Below are positions 56,747-64,000 of a stretch of DNA of 64,000 nt, piece by piece. Numbering within the stretch: the first letter of the stretch is position 1; the number at the start of each line of letters is the position of its first letter. The stretch spans positions 521,525-585,524 of the forward strand of contig CP092821.1 of NCBI GenBank assembly GCA_022530585.1, written 5' to 3'. The translations under genes and the position numbers were made by a program. The stretch is from Candidatus Nealsonbacteria bacterium DGGOD1a. Lineage in GTDB: Bacteria; Patescibacteriota; Minisyncoccia; Minisyncoccales; UBA5738. The notes under the pieces are model-generated. The model had not been told where the DNA came from. It did not search any database and was given only the letters and a program-made list of their open reading frames with translations.

Positions 56747-57661
56747 TTACGCGGCAAACATTTCCGTGCTCAAATATTTTTCTCCGCGGTCGGGAAACAC
56801 GGTGACAATTACGCCTTTTTCGATTTTTCGCGCGTATTTTATCGCCATTGCCATCGCCGCGCCCGAACTGGCGCCGACAAACAGTCCTTCTTTTCGCGCC
56901 AAATCCTTGGCCGCGGCGAAAGCTCCCGCGGAATCAACATCTATAATGATATCGATTAGCGACTTTGAATGGTCCGCGCAAGGCAGACTTGGGCAGAGGA
57001 TCGGCGGGACATAGCCGTCTTTGACTGATTTTAACCCTTCAATTTTTTCTCCCGGCATAGGCTGGATCCCGATCACACGCACATCGGGGCAACTCTCCCG
57101 CAAACTTCGGGCAATCCCGGTTATCGTTCCTCCCGTTCCCACGCCGGCGATAAAATAGTCGACTTCTCCGCCGATCTCGTTGATTATTTCCTTGCCGGTC
57201 GTTCGATAATGAATATCGCAATTCTGCTGATTTTCGAATTGGTTGAGCATCACCAAATTTCCGTCGGCCGCCACCATCGCTTTCACTTTTTTTATCGCCG
57301 CGTCGCGCCATTCTTCGGGCTTGACCAGAATCAGTTCCGCGCCGAAAGCCTTGATCATTTTTCGGCGTTCGACGCTCATATGTTCAGGCATCATAATAAT
57401 AACCTTGTAAGCTTTCATGGCCGCCACCATCGCGACGCTGATGCCGGTATTCCCGCTGGTCGGTTCGATTATAGTTTGTCCCTTTTTCAGCCGGCCGGTC
57501 TTCTCCGCATCCTCGATCATCGCCAAAGCAATTCTGTCTTTGATTGACCCGGTGGGATTGAAACCCTCAAGTTTGGCAAATATTTTAACATTCGGATTCG
57601 GATTCAGTTTTTTGATTTCCACCAGCGGGGTGTTTCCGATCAGCGAAAGTATTGAATTCAT
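56747..57661 (-). CDS. PLP-dependent cysteine synthase family protein, paralog B
   Basis: IGNTPLVEIKKL, KLEGFNPTGSIKDR, TSGNTGIS, GTGGTITG. 304 aa. Confidence 0.85.
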   Translation of the reverse strand: MNSILSLIGNTPLVEIKKLNPNPNVKIFAKLEGFNPTGSIKDRIALAMIEDAEKTGRLKKGQTIIEPTSGNTGISVAMVAAMKAYKVIIMMPEHMSVERRKMIKAFGAELILVKPEEWRDAAIKKVKAMVAADGNLVMLNQFENQQNCDIHYRTTGKEIINEIGGEVDYFIAGVGTGGTITGIARSLRESCPDVRVIGIQPMPGEKIEGLKSVKDGYVPPILCPSLPCADHSKSLIDIIIDVDSAGAFAAAKDLARKEGLFVGASSGAAMAMAIKYARKIEKGVIVTVFPDRGEKYLSTEMFAA

Positions 57662-57700
57662 ATTATTAGTGGTTGATTATTGCATTTAATTGTTAAACTC

Positions 57701-57814
57701 CAAACAAAACGCCTCTTTTGCGAGAGGCGGGCGGGTTAACAGAACAAAACCGCTTCTCGTTCAAAAGAGGCTCATACAGGCGCAGGCGATTTTCTTTCCC
57801 CGATGATTTTCCAT
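57701..57814 (-). promoter_or_regulatory. Leader of paralog B: 17-codon ORF with 2 Cys codons plus terminator (candidate Cys attenuator)
   Basis: Minus-strand ORF 57814-57761, MENHRGKKIACACMSLF*. GAGAAGCGG, 2 nt after the stop, is complementary to CCGCCTCTC (terminator 5' arm). Terminator CGCCTCT-cgcaaa-AGAGGCG-TTTTGTTT at 57729-57701. Confidence 0.55.
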
Positions 57815-57819
57815 AAATA

Positions 57820-57933
57820 AAAAATACATTGATGTCGGGGTATTAACCCCGCCATCAACCAAAGGATGTTTCCTTTGGAATCCTCATTTTTTTATTCCCC
57901 GCAGCAAGCTGACGGGGTATAATAAAAGGAATT
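57820..57933 (+). repeat. Structured intergenic repeat family, copy 3
   Basis: aaaaatacattgatgtcggggtattaaccccgcc..ccaaaggatgtttcctttggaatcctc..ccccgcagcaagctgacgggg. Confidence 0.7.
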
Positions 57934-58050
57934 AACAATAAGCTTATATTAACAAAAGACGCCCCATTGTCAATATATCGCTCAAATAAAGGATGTGGTA
58001 AACTTAAGATACGGCATCATATAACCATAAAATCATTTAATCACAAACAA

Positions 58051-58662
58051 ATGAATAAATTCGACGCGATCATCGCCGCGGCCATTGGCGAAGCCACGGC
58101 ATGGTATTTTATCAATCTTTTGGGTGAACAAGGCGTGGTGGAAAAATTGGGATGGTTGGGACAATATCTATGGATATTGGCGATAATTTTTCCGATATTG
58201 GCCGCGCTCGCGCTATGGATCGCCTCGCTGATAGGTAAAAAGTTCGTTTCAATTTACCAGCTGGCCAAATTCTTGCTCATTGGAGTGATCGCCACAATTT
58301 TTGATCTGGGAACATTGGCTTTCTTTATAAATGTTTCCGGCATAAGCTCCGGCTTGGGTTTTAATTTGTTCAAAGGCGCGTCATTTATTATTGCCACGGT
58401 TTTAAAATATATTCCCGACAAATATTGGGCCTTCAAAAAGAAAGAGGCGGCAAACATAAAAAAAGAATTCATCCAATTTTTCGCGGTTACGCTTATCGGT
58501 TTGGCGATTAATGTGTTTATCGCCGATTTCATCGTTAATGTGACGGGGCCGCAATTCGGCTTGCCCGCCAAACTCTGGGCAAATCTGGGCGGCATCGGCG
58601 CGGTAATCGTAACTTTCGCGTGGAACTTTATCGGCTATAAATTTATAGTATTTAAGAAATAG
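58051..58662 (+). CDS. GtrA family membrane protein
   Basis: KFLLIGVIATIFDLGTLAFF and WAFKK motifs. 6 TM helices (GtrA core plus an N-terminal extension). Start placed at MNKFDAII. Confidence 0.65.
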   Translation: MNKFDAIIAAAIGEATAWYFINLLGEQGVVEKLGWLGQYLWILAIIFPILAALALWIASLIGKKFVSIYQLAKFLLIGVIATIFDLGTLAFFINVSGISSGLGFNLFKGASFIIATVLKYIPDKYWAFKKKEAANIKKEFIQFFAVTLIGLAINVFIADFIVNVTGPQFGLPAKLWANLGGIGAVIVTFAWNFIGYKFIVFKK

Positions 58663-58700
58663 ATACATCTCAAATGTCAAATCCTATATCTCAAATCTAA

Positions 58701-59072
58701 ATGTCAAATCTAAAATCTGAAAAATCCAACAATATCAGATTCAGAGCATATGATTTTTCTATAGTGGTGATCGAATTGGTAAAAGATTTTCCGCAAACCA
58801 AGATGTATATGATTTTTATGGATCAATTGTTGAGATCGGCAACTTCAATCGGTGCCAATGTATTTGAAGCTAAATCATCAAGCTCAAAAAAAGATTTTGC
58901 GCGATTTTACGAAATTGCTTTAAAAAGTGCGAACGAAACCATATATTGGCTTTCTCTTTTGAAAGACAGCCGCTTGGTAGAAACTAATAAATGTGCCGCT
59001 TTAGTTAAAGAAGCGGAAGAAATTTGTAGAATGATCGGATCGAGTTTGCTAACTATGCGAAATAAAAGATAG
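58701..59072 (+). CDS. Four-helix-bundle protein (23S rRNA intervening-sequence protein / Avd-like family)
   Basis: RAYDFSIVVIELVKDFP..LLRSATSIGANVFEA..FYEIALKSANETIYWLSLL. Confidence 0.8.
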   Translation: MSNLKSEKSNNIRFRAYDFSIVVIELVKDFPQTKMYMIFMDQLLRSATSIGANVFEAKSSSSKKDFARFYEIALKSANETIYWLSLLKDSRLVETNKCAALVKEAEEICRMIGSSLLTMRNKR

Positions 59073-59125
59073 TAGATTAAAGATATGGTTCTGACATCTA
59101 GGATTTGCATTTGACATAAAAAATT

Positions 59126-60244
59126 ATGGAAAACCTCGTTTTATATCGCAAATACCGGCCGCAATCTTTCGCGGATGTGGCGGGTCAAGATCATGTAACG
59201 GTTACGATCCAAAACGAAATCAAAAGCGGACATGTCGCCCACGCATATTTGTTTTCCGGGCCGCGCGGGTGCGGCAAAACCACCACGGCGCGCATCATCG
59301 CCAAAGCCGTAAACTGTCTCAACCGCAAACCGGACGAATCCGAACCGTGCAACCGATGCGCCAATTGTTTGGAAATATCGAGCGGTCGGGCCATTGATCT
59401 GATTGAAATCGACGCGGCAAGCCATCGCGGCATCGATGACATCCGCGAACTGCGCGAAGGCATCAAATTCGCGCCCACCAAGCTCAAATACAAAGTTTTT
59501 ATCATTGATGAATGCCACCAGCTGTCCAAAGACGCTTCCAACGCGCTATTAAAGACTTTGGAAGAACCGCCGGCGCACGCAATCTTTATATTGGCCACCA
59601 CCGAACTTCACAAAATTTTGGCCACGATCCTGTCGCGGTGCCAGAGATTCGATTTTCGCAAATTGACCTTGCCCGAGCTTGCGGCGCGCCTGCAAAAGCT
59701 GGCCGACGCCGAAAGAGTGAAAGTGGAAAAAGCCGCCTTGGAATTGGTGGCATTGAGCTCCGGCGGATCGGTGCGCGATTCGGAAAGCCTGCTGGGCCAG
59801 GTATTGGTGTCGGGCGGCGGCAAAAAAACCGCGATAAAAGCCGAAGATATCCGTCGGATATTGGGAATGACCGAAATCAAATCCGTGGGTGAATTCGCGG
59901 GTTTGCTGTCGCAAAACAAAACCGCGGCCGCGGTCAACTATTTAAACGATATCGTTGAAAACGGATATGACATTCATGAATATGCCAAAAGCATTTTGGG
60001 CTACTTGCGCCAAGCGCTCATTCTTTCGATTGTCGGCGCCAAAACCGCCCCAAACGACAACTTTATGATCACCGGATTGACTAATGAAGAATTTGAATTA
60101 CTGCGCGGGCAAACAATCGCGATGGGCGAGTCAAAGATAAAAAAAACTATCGAAATCTTTCTTTCGGCGCAAGAAAAAATAAGATATTCGCCAATACCGC
60201 AATTACCGCTTGAGCTTGCGATCGTGGAAGCTTGCACAGTTTAA
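59126..60244 (+). CDS. dnaX: DNA polymerase III subunit gamma/tau (short form)
   Basis: YRKYRPQSFADVAGQDHV, GPRGCGKTT, zinc module CNRCANC, IIDECHQLS, SRCQRF. Confidence 0.9.
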   Translation: MENLVLYRKYRPQSFADVAGQDHVTVTIQNEIKSGHVAHAYLFSGPRGCGKTTTARIIAKAVNCLNRKPDESEPCNRCANCLEISSGRAIDLIEIDAASHRGIDDIRELREGIKFAPTKLKYKVFIIDECHQLSKDASNALLKTLEEPPAHAIFILATTELHKILATILSRCQRFDFRKLTLPELAARLQKLADAERVKVEKAALELVALSSGGSVRDSESLLGQVLVSGGGKKTAIKAEDIRRILGMTEIKSVGEFAGLLSQNKTAAAVNYLNDIVENGYDIHEYAKSILGYLRQALILSIVGAKTAPNDNFMITGLTNEEFELLRGQTIAMGESKIKKTIEIFLSAQEKIRYSPIPQLPLELAIVEACTV

Positions 60245-60291
60245 ACGGTTTTCACTTGCATCCATCGATGGGATGGTTGTAAAATTAAATT

Positions 60292-62094
60292 ATGAATACA
60301 AAAATACTGTTGTTTTGTTTCTTTTGCGCTTTGGCGGCGAGCAACATTTTATTTGCCGCGAATGCCAGCGCCGCATTGGACGCACCGATAATCCCGGCCA
60401 ACATGGCTGTTGGATCGGTAGGGGAAGATGTGAGAAACCTGCAAAAATTTTTAAATGCCGCGGGTTTTACGGTTTCGCTTGGCGGACCCGGATCGCCGGG
60501 AAATGAAACCGCGACTTTCGGCGGCGCCACGCGCGCGGCTTTAACAAGATTTCAGTCCGCCAACGGCATTGCCGCGACCGGAGCGTTCGATAACCGCACG
60601 CGCATATTGTTTGCCGTTCTGAATTTGAGAAATCAAATAGCTTTTCTTCAGCAACAGCTGGCGGCTATGCTGGCCAATACAAACCAAAACAACAATTCCA
60701 ACGCCGTTGACGATACCTCAGGACCGCATATCGCCACATTAAAAATCAATAACGGCGGCGACAGTGGCTATGTCGATACCGGCGATTACATTACAATAAT
60801 TTTCAACGAAGCGATAAACCCCCGATCAATCAACAGCGGCCTTGACGCGGGAGACAGAGTAACCGGAGTGGCCTATTATGAAACCGGCGGCGTGAGCGTT
60901 TCTTCGAACGGAAAGGTGGTTATAAAAAATATCGCCGAATTCGATATGGGATCAGTGAGAAACGCGGGCACATTCGCGGTTAAACTGGCTCTTGATCCCA
61001 ACGGCAAAATTTTGACCGTCACCCTTTCCGGGGGCGGCGATCTGGATATTGCCGATGAGAATTTCGGCCAAATCGCGCAATCCGGCGGCACGGTTTATGA
61101 CAAACACGGCAATAAAATGACCACCGATTCGGATGCCGGCACCGCCGCGGGAACCTTCGGCGGCAAAAACACGAGCGGCAGCGGCAACAGCCCCTACATA
61201 ACTTCAATCGCTATTTTTAACGGCGGCGACAACGGTTATATCGACAAGGGCGATTATATTGAAATCACATTCAACAAAGCAATCAATCCCAAGTCGATAA
61301 ACGAGGATTTGACAAACGGCGGTACCATGGTCAATCTGTATTCGTCCGATATCGGCGGCGTGAGCGTTTCTTCGGATGGAAGAGTAAATATCGGCGCGAT
61401 CGCGTCATTCGACTCGGGAACGGTTAAAACCGCGGGAAATTTCACCTCGAAAGTTTTCCTCAATTCAACCGGCCGGGTATTGACAGTCACTTTGACCGGC
61501 GGCAGCGATGTTGAAATCACCGGCGAAGATTTTGATTCCGCCGCGCAAATCGCCGGCGCTATCGAAGACACTTACGGCAATGTGATGCAGGGCGATCAAA
61601 ATATGGATGATCCGTACGGCACTTTCGGCGGCAACAACGGCGGCCCGAGCATCGCTTCAATCTCGGTATATAACGGCGGCGACGCGGGTTATATCGATGA
61701 AGGAGATTATATCAACATAACTTTCACCAAAGCAATTGATCCGTCATCAATCAATGGAAGTTTGAGCCGAAATAATACGGTTAGCAACATCGGTTATTCG
61801 CAAACGGGCGGTGTGACAGTATCCTCTTCGGGTACCGTAACCGTCAGAAATATCGCGGTTTTTGATATGGAATCGGTTCACAGATATCAAAATTATACCG
61901 TTGATTTGGCATTGAATTCCGGCGGCGATATTTTAACGATCATATTGACCGGCGGAAATTCAAACGAAATAACCCATGAAACACTCGATAATGCGATTCA
62001 GATAGGCGGAACCGTTACCGATGAAGATGGCAACGCGATGAACGACGGTTCAAGCATCGCCAATCCCACCGGTACCTTTGGCGGAAAGCTCTAG
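60292..62094 (+). CDS. Secreted protein: peptidoglycan-binding (PG_binding_1) domain plus four ~145-aa tandem repeats
   Basis: Signal peptide. GEDVRNLQKFLNAAGF..TRAALTRFQSANGIAATG. Repeats of the type I(A/T)S..NGGD.GY.D.GDYI.I.F..AI.P.SIN. Confidence 0.7.
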   Translation: MNTKILLFCFFCALAASNILFAANASAALDAPIIPANMAVGSVGEDVRNLQKFLNAAGFTVSLGGPGSPGNETATFGGATRAALTRFQSANGIAATGAFDNRTRILFAVLNLRNQIAFLQQQLAAMLANTNQNNNSNAVDDTSGPHIATLKINNGGDSGYVDTGDYITIIFNEAINPRSINSGLDAGDRVTGVAYYETGGVSVSSNGKVVIKNIAEFDMGSVRNAGTFAVKLALDPNGKILTVTLSGGGDLDIADENFGQIAQSGGTVYDKHGNKMTTDSDAGTAAGTFGGKNTSGSGNSPYITSIAIFNGGDNGYIDKGDYIEITFNKAINPKSINEDLTNGGTMVNLYSSDIGGVSVSSDGRVNIGAIASFDSGTVKTAGNFTSKVFLNSTGRVLTVTLTGGSDVEITGEDFDSAAQIAGAIEDTYGNVMQGDQNMDDPYGTFGGNNGGPSIASISVYNGGDAGYIDEGDYINITFTKAIDPSSINGSLSRNNTVSNIGYSQTGGVTVSSSGTVTVRNIAVFDMESVHRYQNYTVDLALNSGGDILTIILTGGNSNEITHETLDNAIQIGGTVTDEDGNAMNDGSSIANPTGTFGGKL

Positions 62095-62160
62095 CGCGCA
62101 ATTCAAAAAAAGACCGTCCTCGCGGACGGTCTTTTAAAATTGTATTCGGAATTTTATCGG

Positions 62161-62637
62161 CTAATAATAGTTTGGCGAATAATAATTGGCATTGCCGCAT
62201 CCATACCCTTGGCAACCGGCATTGTAAGCCGGGTAATACGAAGCGGGGCAATTATAATTCACGCTTGATATCTGCGTATAGTTGGTCGCGCCCGACGCCG
62301 AATTGTAATAATACTGGCCGGCGTTTGCTTGATAGACAATGGGGCAATTGCACCCATAATTATAGTTACGGCTATAATCATAGCCGTAACCGGCGTAATA
62401 ATAATTGTTGGCGGGAACATAATCGGGATAGGCGGCGGCGTTTCGATGCTGATACCCGCGGCTTGAATAGTCGCCGCGGTAATCCCAATCGTTGTCGTAA
62501 TTATAATTTCTTCCATCATAATCGCTGCCGTGATAATTGTTGTTGTGATTTCGGTCCCGGGAAGCCAGCGAAAATCCCGGCAACAACGCAACCGCCGCAA
62601 CACACACAACCAGCAAACAAACATATTTATTGGTCAT
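62161..62637 (-). CDS. Secreted Tyr/Asn/Gly-rich low-complexity protein, hypothetical
   Basis: Signal peptide MTNKYVCLLVVCVAAVALLPGFSLA, then NYNYDNDWDYRGDY.. low-complexity sequence. Confidence 0.5.
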   Translation of the reverse strand: MTNKYVCLLVVCVAAVALLPGFSLASRDRNHNNNYHGSDYDGRNYNYDNDWDYRGDYSSRGYQHRNAAAYPDYVPANNYYYAGYGYDYSRNYNYGCNCPIVYQANAGQYYYNSASGATNYTQISSVNYNCPASYYPAYNAGCQGYGCGNANYYSPNYY

Positions 62638-62765
62638 ATTTTCTTGATTATTTTATTATTTTACCACTTCACTTATCGCCACACAACCAAAACAACAACC
62701 CCCGCCTTGATATTCGCCTGTTTTGAGTTATAATAACTGCGTTAAAGTCAATCAAAGAAACACAA

Positions 62766-62836
62766 TGCGGGATCGTCTAATGGTAGGACAACGGACTTTG
62801 AATCCGTTTATCATGGTTCGAATCCATGTCCCGCAG
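62766..62836 (+). tRNA. tRNA-Gln (anticodon TTG)
   Basis: Acceptor TGCGGGA/TCCCGCA, anticodon stem ACGGA/TCCGT with loop CTTTGAA, T arm CATGG-TTCGAAT-CCATG. Confidence 0.85.
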
Positions 62837-64000
62837 CATTCGCGGACTTTGAGCGTAAATTTCCTCAATTTCCATCTTATTTTTGCCTGTTTTAGCCGGT
62901 TCTAACCGCTTTTCTTCGATGGCAACCTGTTTCATCGGAATTAGCGTGTTTTCCGTATCAATCGTTATTATTCTGTCTTTTAGCAACAGGTTCGAACCAA
63001 GTTTTGAAAGTATCTCTTTTTTCTTCATTGCGTCGCCTTTCTCAAAAGCAATCAAAGCGTCTTGCGCAAAATCAAATACCTCGTCGGCTTTCTTAACCCA
63101 GTGGTCAACACTTTGGTTTGCGGTCGCAAACAAACCTTCCCAGCGTTTCTTTTCCGCGTCTAATTGTTCCTTGCGAATCTTAAACTCATTTTCGCTGATT
63201 TCATTTGCCGCTCGCATATCAATCAAGCCGTAAATCTTATTTACGCAATCCTTATACGCTTTTTGTTGCGTATCAATAACCGCATTTGTGGTTTTTGCTT
63301 CTTTTTGGTTTTCAATTCTGCACCATTTAAGCGCAAAATCGTGCAATCCCGCCGGAATTGTAAACTCTTTGATGGCTTTTTTGATTTGTTCTTCTAATTC
63401 CTTCTGTTCAATGCACTTTTGTGTGCAATTCGAGTGCTTACGCTTCGAGCAATGGTAATAAATATACCGATGAACCTTGCCATTTTTCTGTTTTTTAATT
63501 TTCTCCTCGGCGGTAACCATTGTATCTAAACACTCGCCGCATTTAATCATTCCGGTAAAAGCAAAAACGTGCGTTTTTGGCCTTGGCCTTCCTTTCCTGC
63601 CCAGCAAAAACTGAATTTTGTCGTATTCTTCGGCGGTCATTAACGGTTGATGTATGCCTTTATACCAAAGCCCGCTTCCTTTCGGGTATTCAAACGAACC
63701 AAAATAAACCGGATTGGTAAAAATAGAATACATCGTATTTTTGTGCATTCTCTTGCCGTTAGGCATTCGGAAATTCCATTCATTTGCTGCGATTTTCAAA
63801 ATCTGGGGCGGATTGTAATTTCCAGTAAGCATTAAATCAACCATCTTTCTAACTAAATCAAACCGCTCCGGGTCGGGAAGTATCCGTTTGCTTCCGCGAA
63901 CCGCAAATTTTTCATTCATATATCCCGTTGGCGCAGGAGCCGGGTATAAGCCCTTTTCGCATTTTGTCTTCAAGCCCCTTCGAACATCTTGGCCTCGAAA
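62777..64000 (-). CDS. Large serine recombinase (recombinase plus zinc-ribbon domains), 5'-truncated by the window edge; 3' end overlaps tRNA-Gln
   Basis: PAPTGY, GIHQPLMTAEEYDKIQ, CGECLDTMV..YYHCSKRK zinc ribbon, C-terminal coiled coil. The frame stays open to nt 64000 (..RGQDVRRGLKTK). Confidence 0.75.
   Translation of the reverse strand, partial: FRGQDVRRGLKTKCEKGLYPAPAPTGYMNEKFAVRGSKRILPDPERFDLVRKMVDLMLTGNYNPPQILKIAANEWNFRMPNGKRMHKNTMYSIFTNPVYFGSFEYPKGSGLWYKGIHQPLMTAEEYDKIQFLLGRKGRPRPKTHVFAFTGMIKCGECLDTMVTAEEKIKKQKNGKVHRYIYYHCSKRKHSNCTQKCIEQKELEEQIKKAIKEFTIPAGLHDFALKWCRIENQKEAKTTNAVIDTQQKAYKDCVNKIYGLIDMRAANEISENEFKIRKEQLDAEKKRWEGLFATANQSVDHWVKKADEVFDFAQDALIAFEKGDAMKKKEILSKLGSNLLLKDRIITIDTENTLIPMKQVAIEEKRLEPAKTGKNKMEIEEIYAQSPRMLRDMDSNHDKRIQSPLSYH

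Noticed and set aside
58701-59072. Avd-like four-helix-bundle gene considered as part of a diversity-generating retroelement that might explain the variable surface proteins.
   Set aside because: There is no reverse transcriptase and no TR/VR pair with adenine-specific mismatches in the window. Differences between the paralog tails are not A-biased.

Overview
The window reads as a segment of a small-genome, Patescibacteria/CPR-like bacterial chromosome. This placement is an inference from four observations: a 16S rRNA gene with a ~150-nt AT-rich insertion in V1, GCAGC in the 515F primer site, a short uvrC, and almost no Shine-Dalgarno motifs upstream of genes. All coordinates and identities were judged by eye and from the ORF track; nothing was computed or searched. 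Core genes: uvrB/uvrC/uvrA, dnaB, recR, dnaX, rplU, rmuC, mltG, two tandem cysteine-synthase paralogs, 16S rRNA, and tRNA-Val, -Ile, -Ala and -Gln. Accessory content is dense. (1) A 5.9-17 kb cell-surface locus holds three large secreted-protein paralogs that share zero-divergence cassettes, including a 1,542-bp perfect inverted repeat and an 833-bp block identical in all three. The locus also contains a sortase, a CAP-domain protein and a solo IS200-type tnpA. (2) Toxin-antitoxin (TA) and IS islets (vapBC, hicAB, mntA/hepT, IS30) are bounded by duplicated fragments of the host genes uvrA and rplU. (3) The 16S, tRNA-Ile and tRNA-Ala genes are separated by protein-coding genes. (4) Downstream of tRNA-Ala lies a same-strand defence island: IS5-like element, Type III Mod, an ABC-ATPase/TOPRIM (OLD/PARIS-like) gene, Type III Res, a membrane-anchored HerA/DUF87-like ATPase and a small restriction-endonuclease-fold protein. 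(5) An LPXTG protein is paired with a class F-like sortase. (6) A serine-recombinase element abuts tRNA-Gln at the window end. There are also several families of small palindromic (MITE/REP-like) repeats, including copies inserted in frame inside uvrC. The most notable new regulatory signal is a Cys-codon leader peptide plus terminator/antiterminator upstream of each cysteine-synthase paralog.
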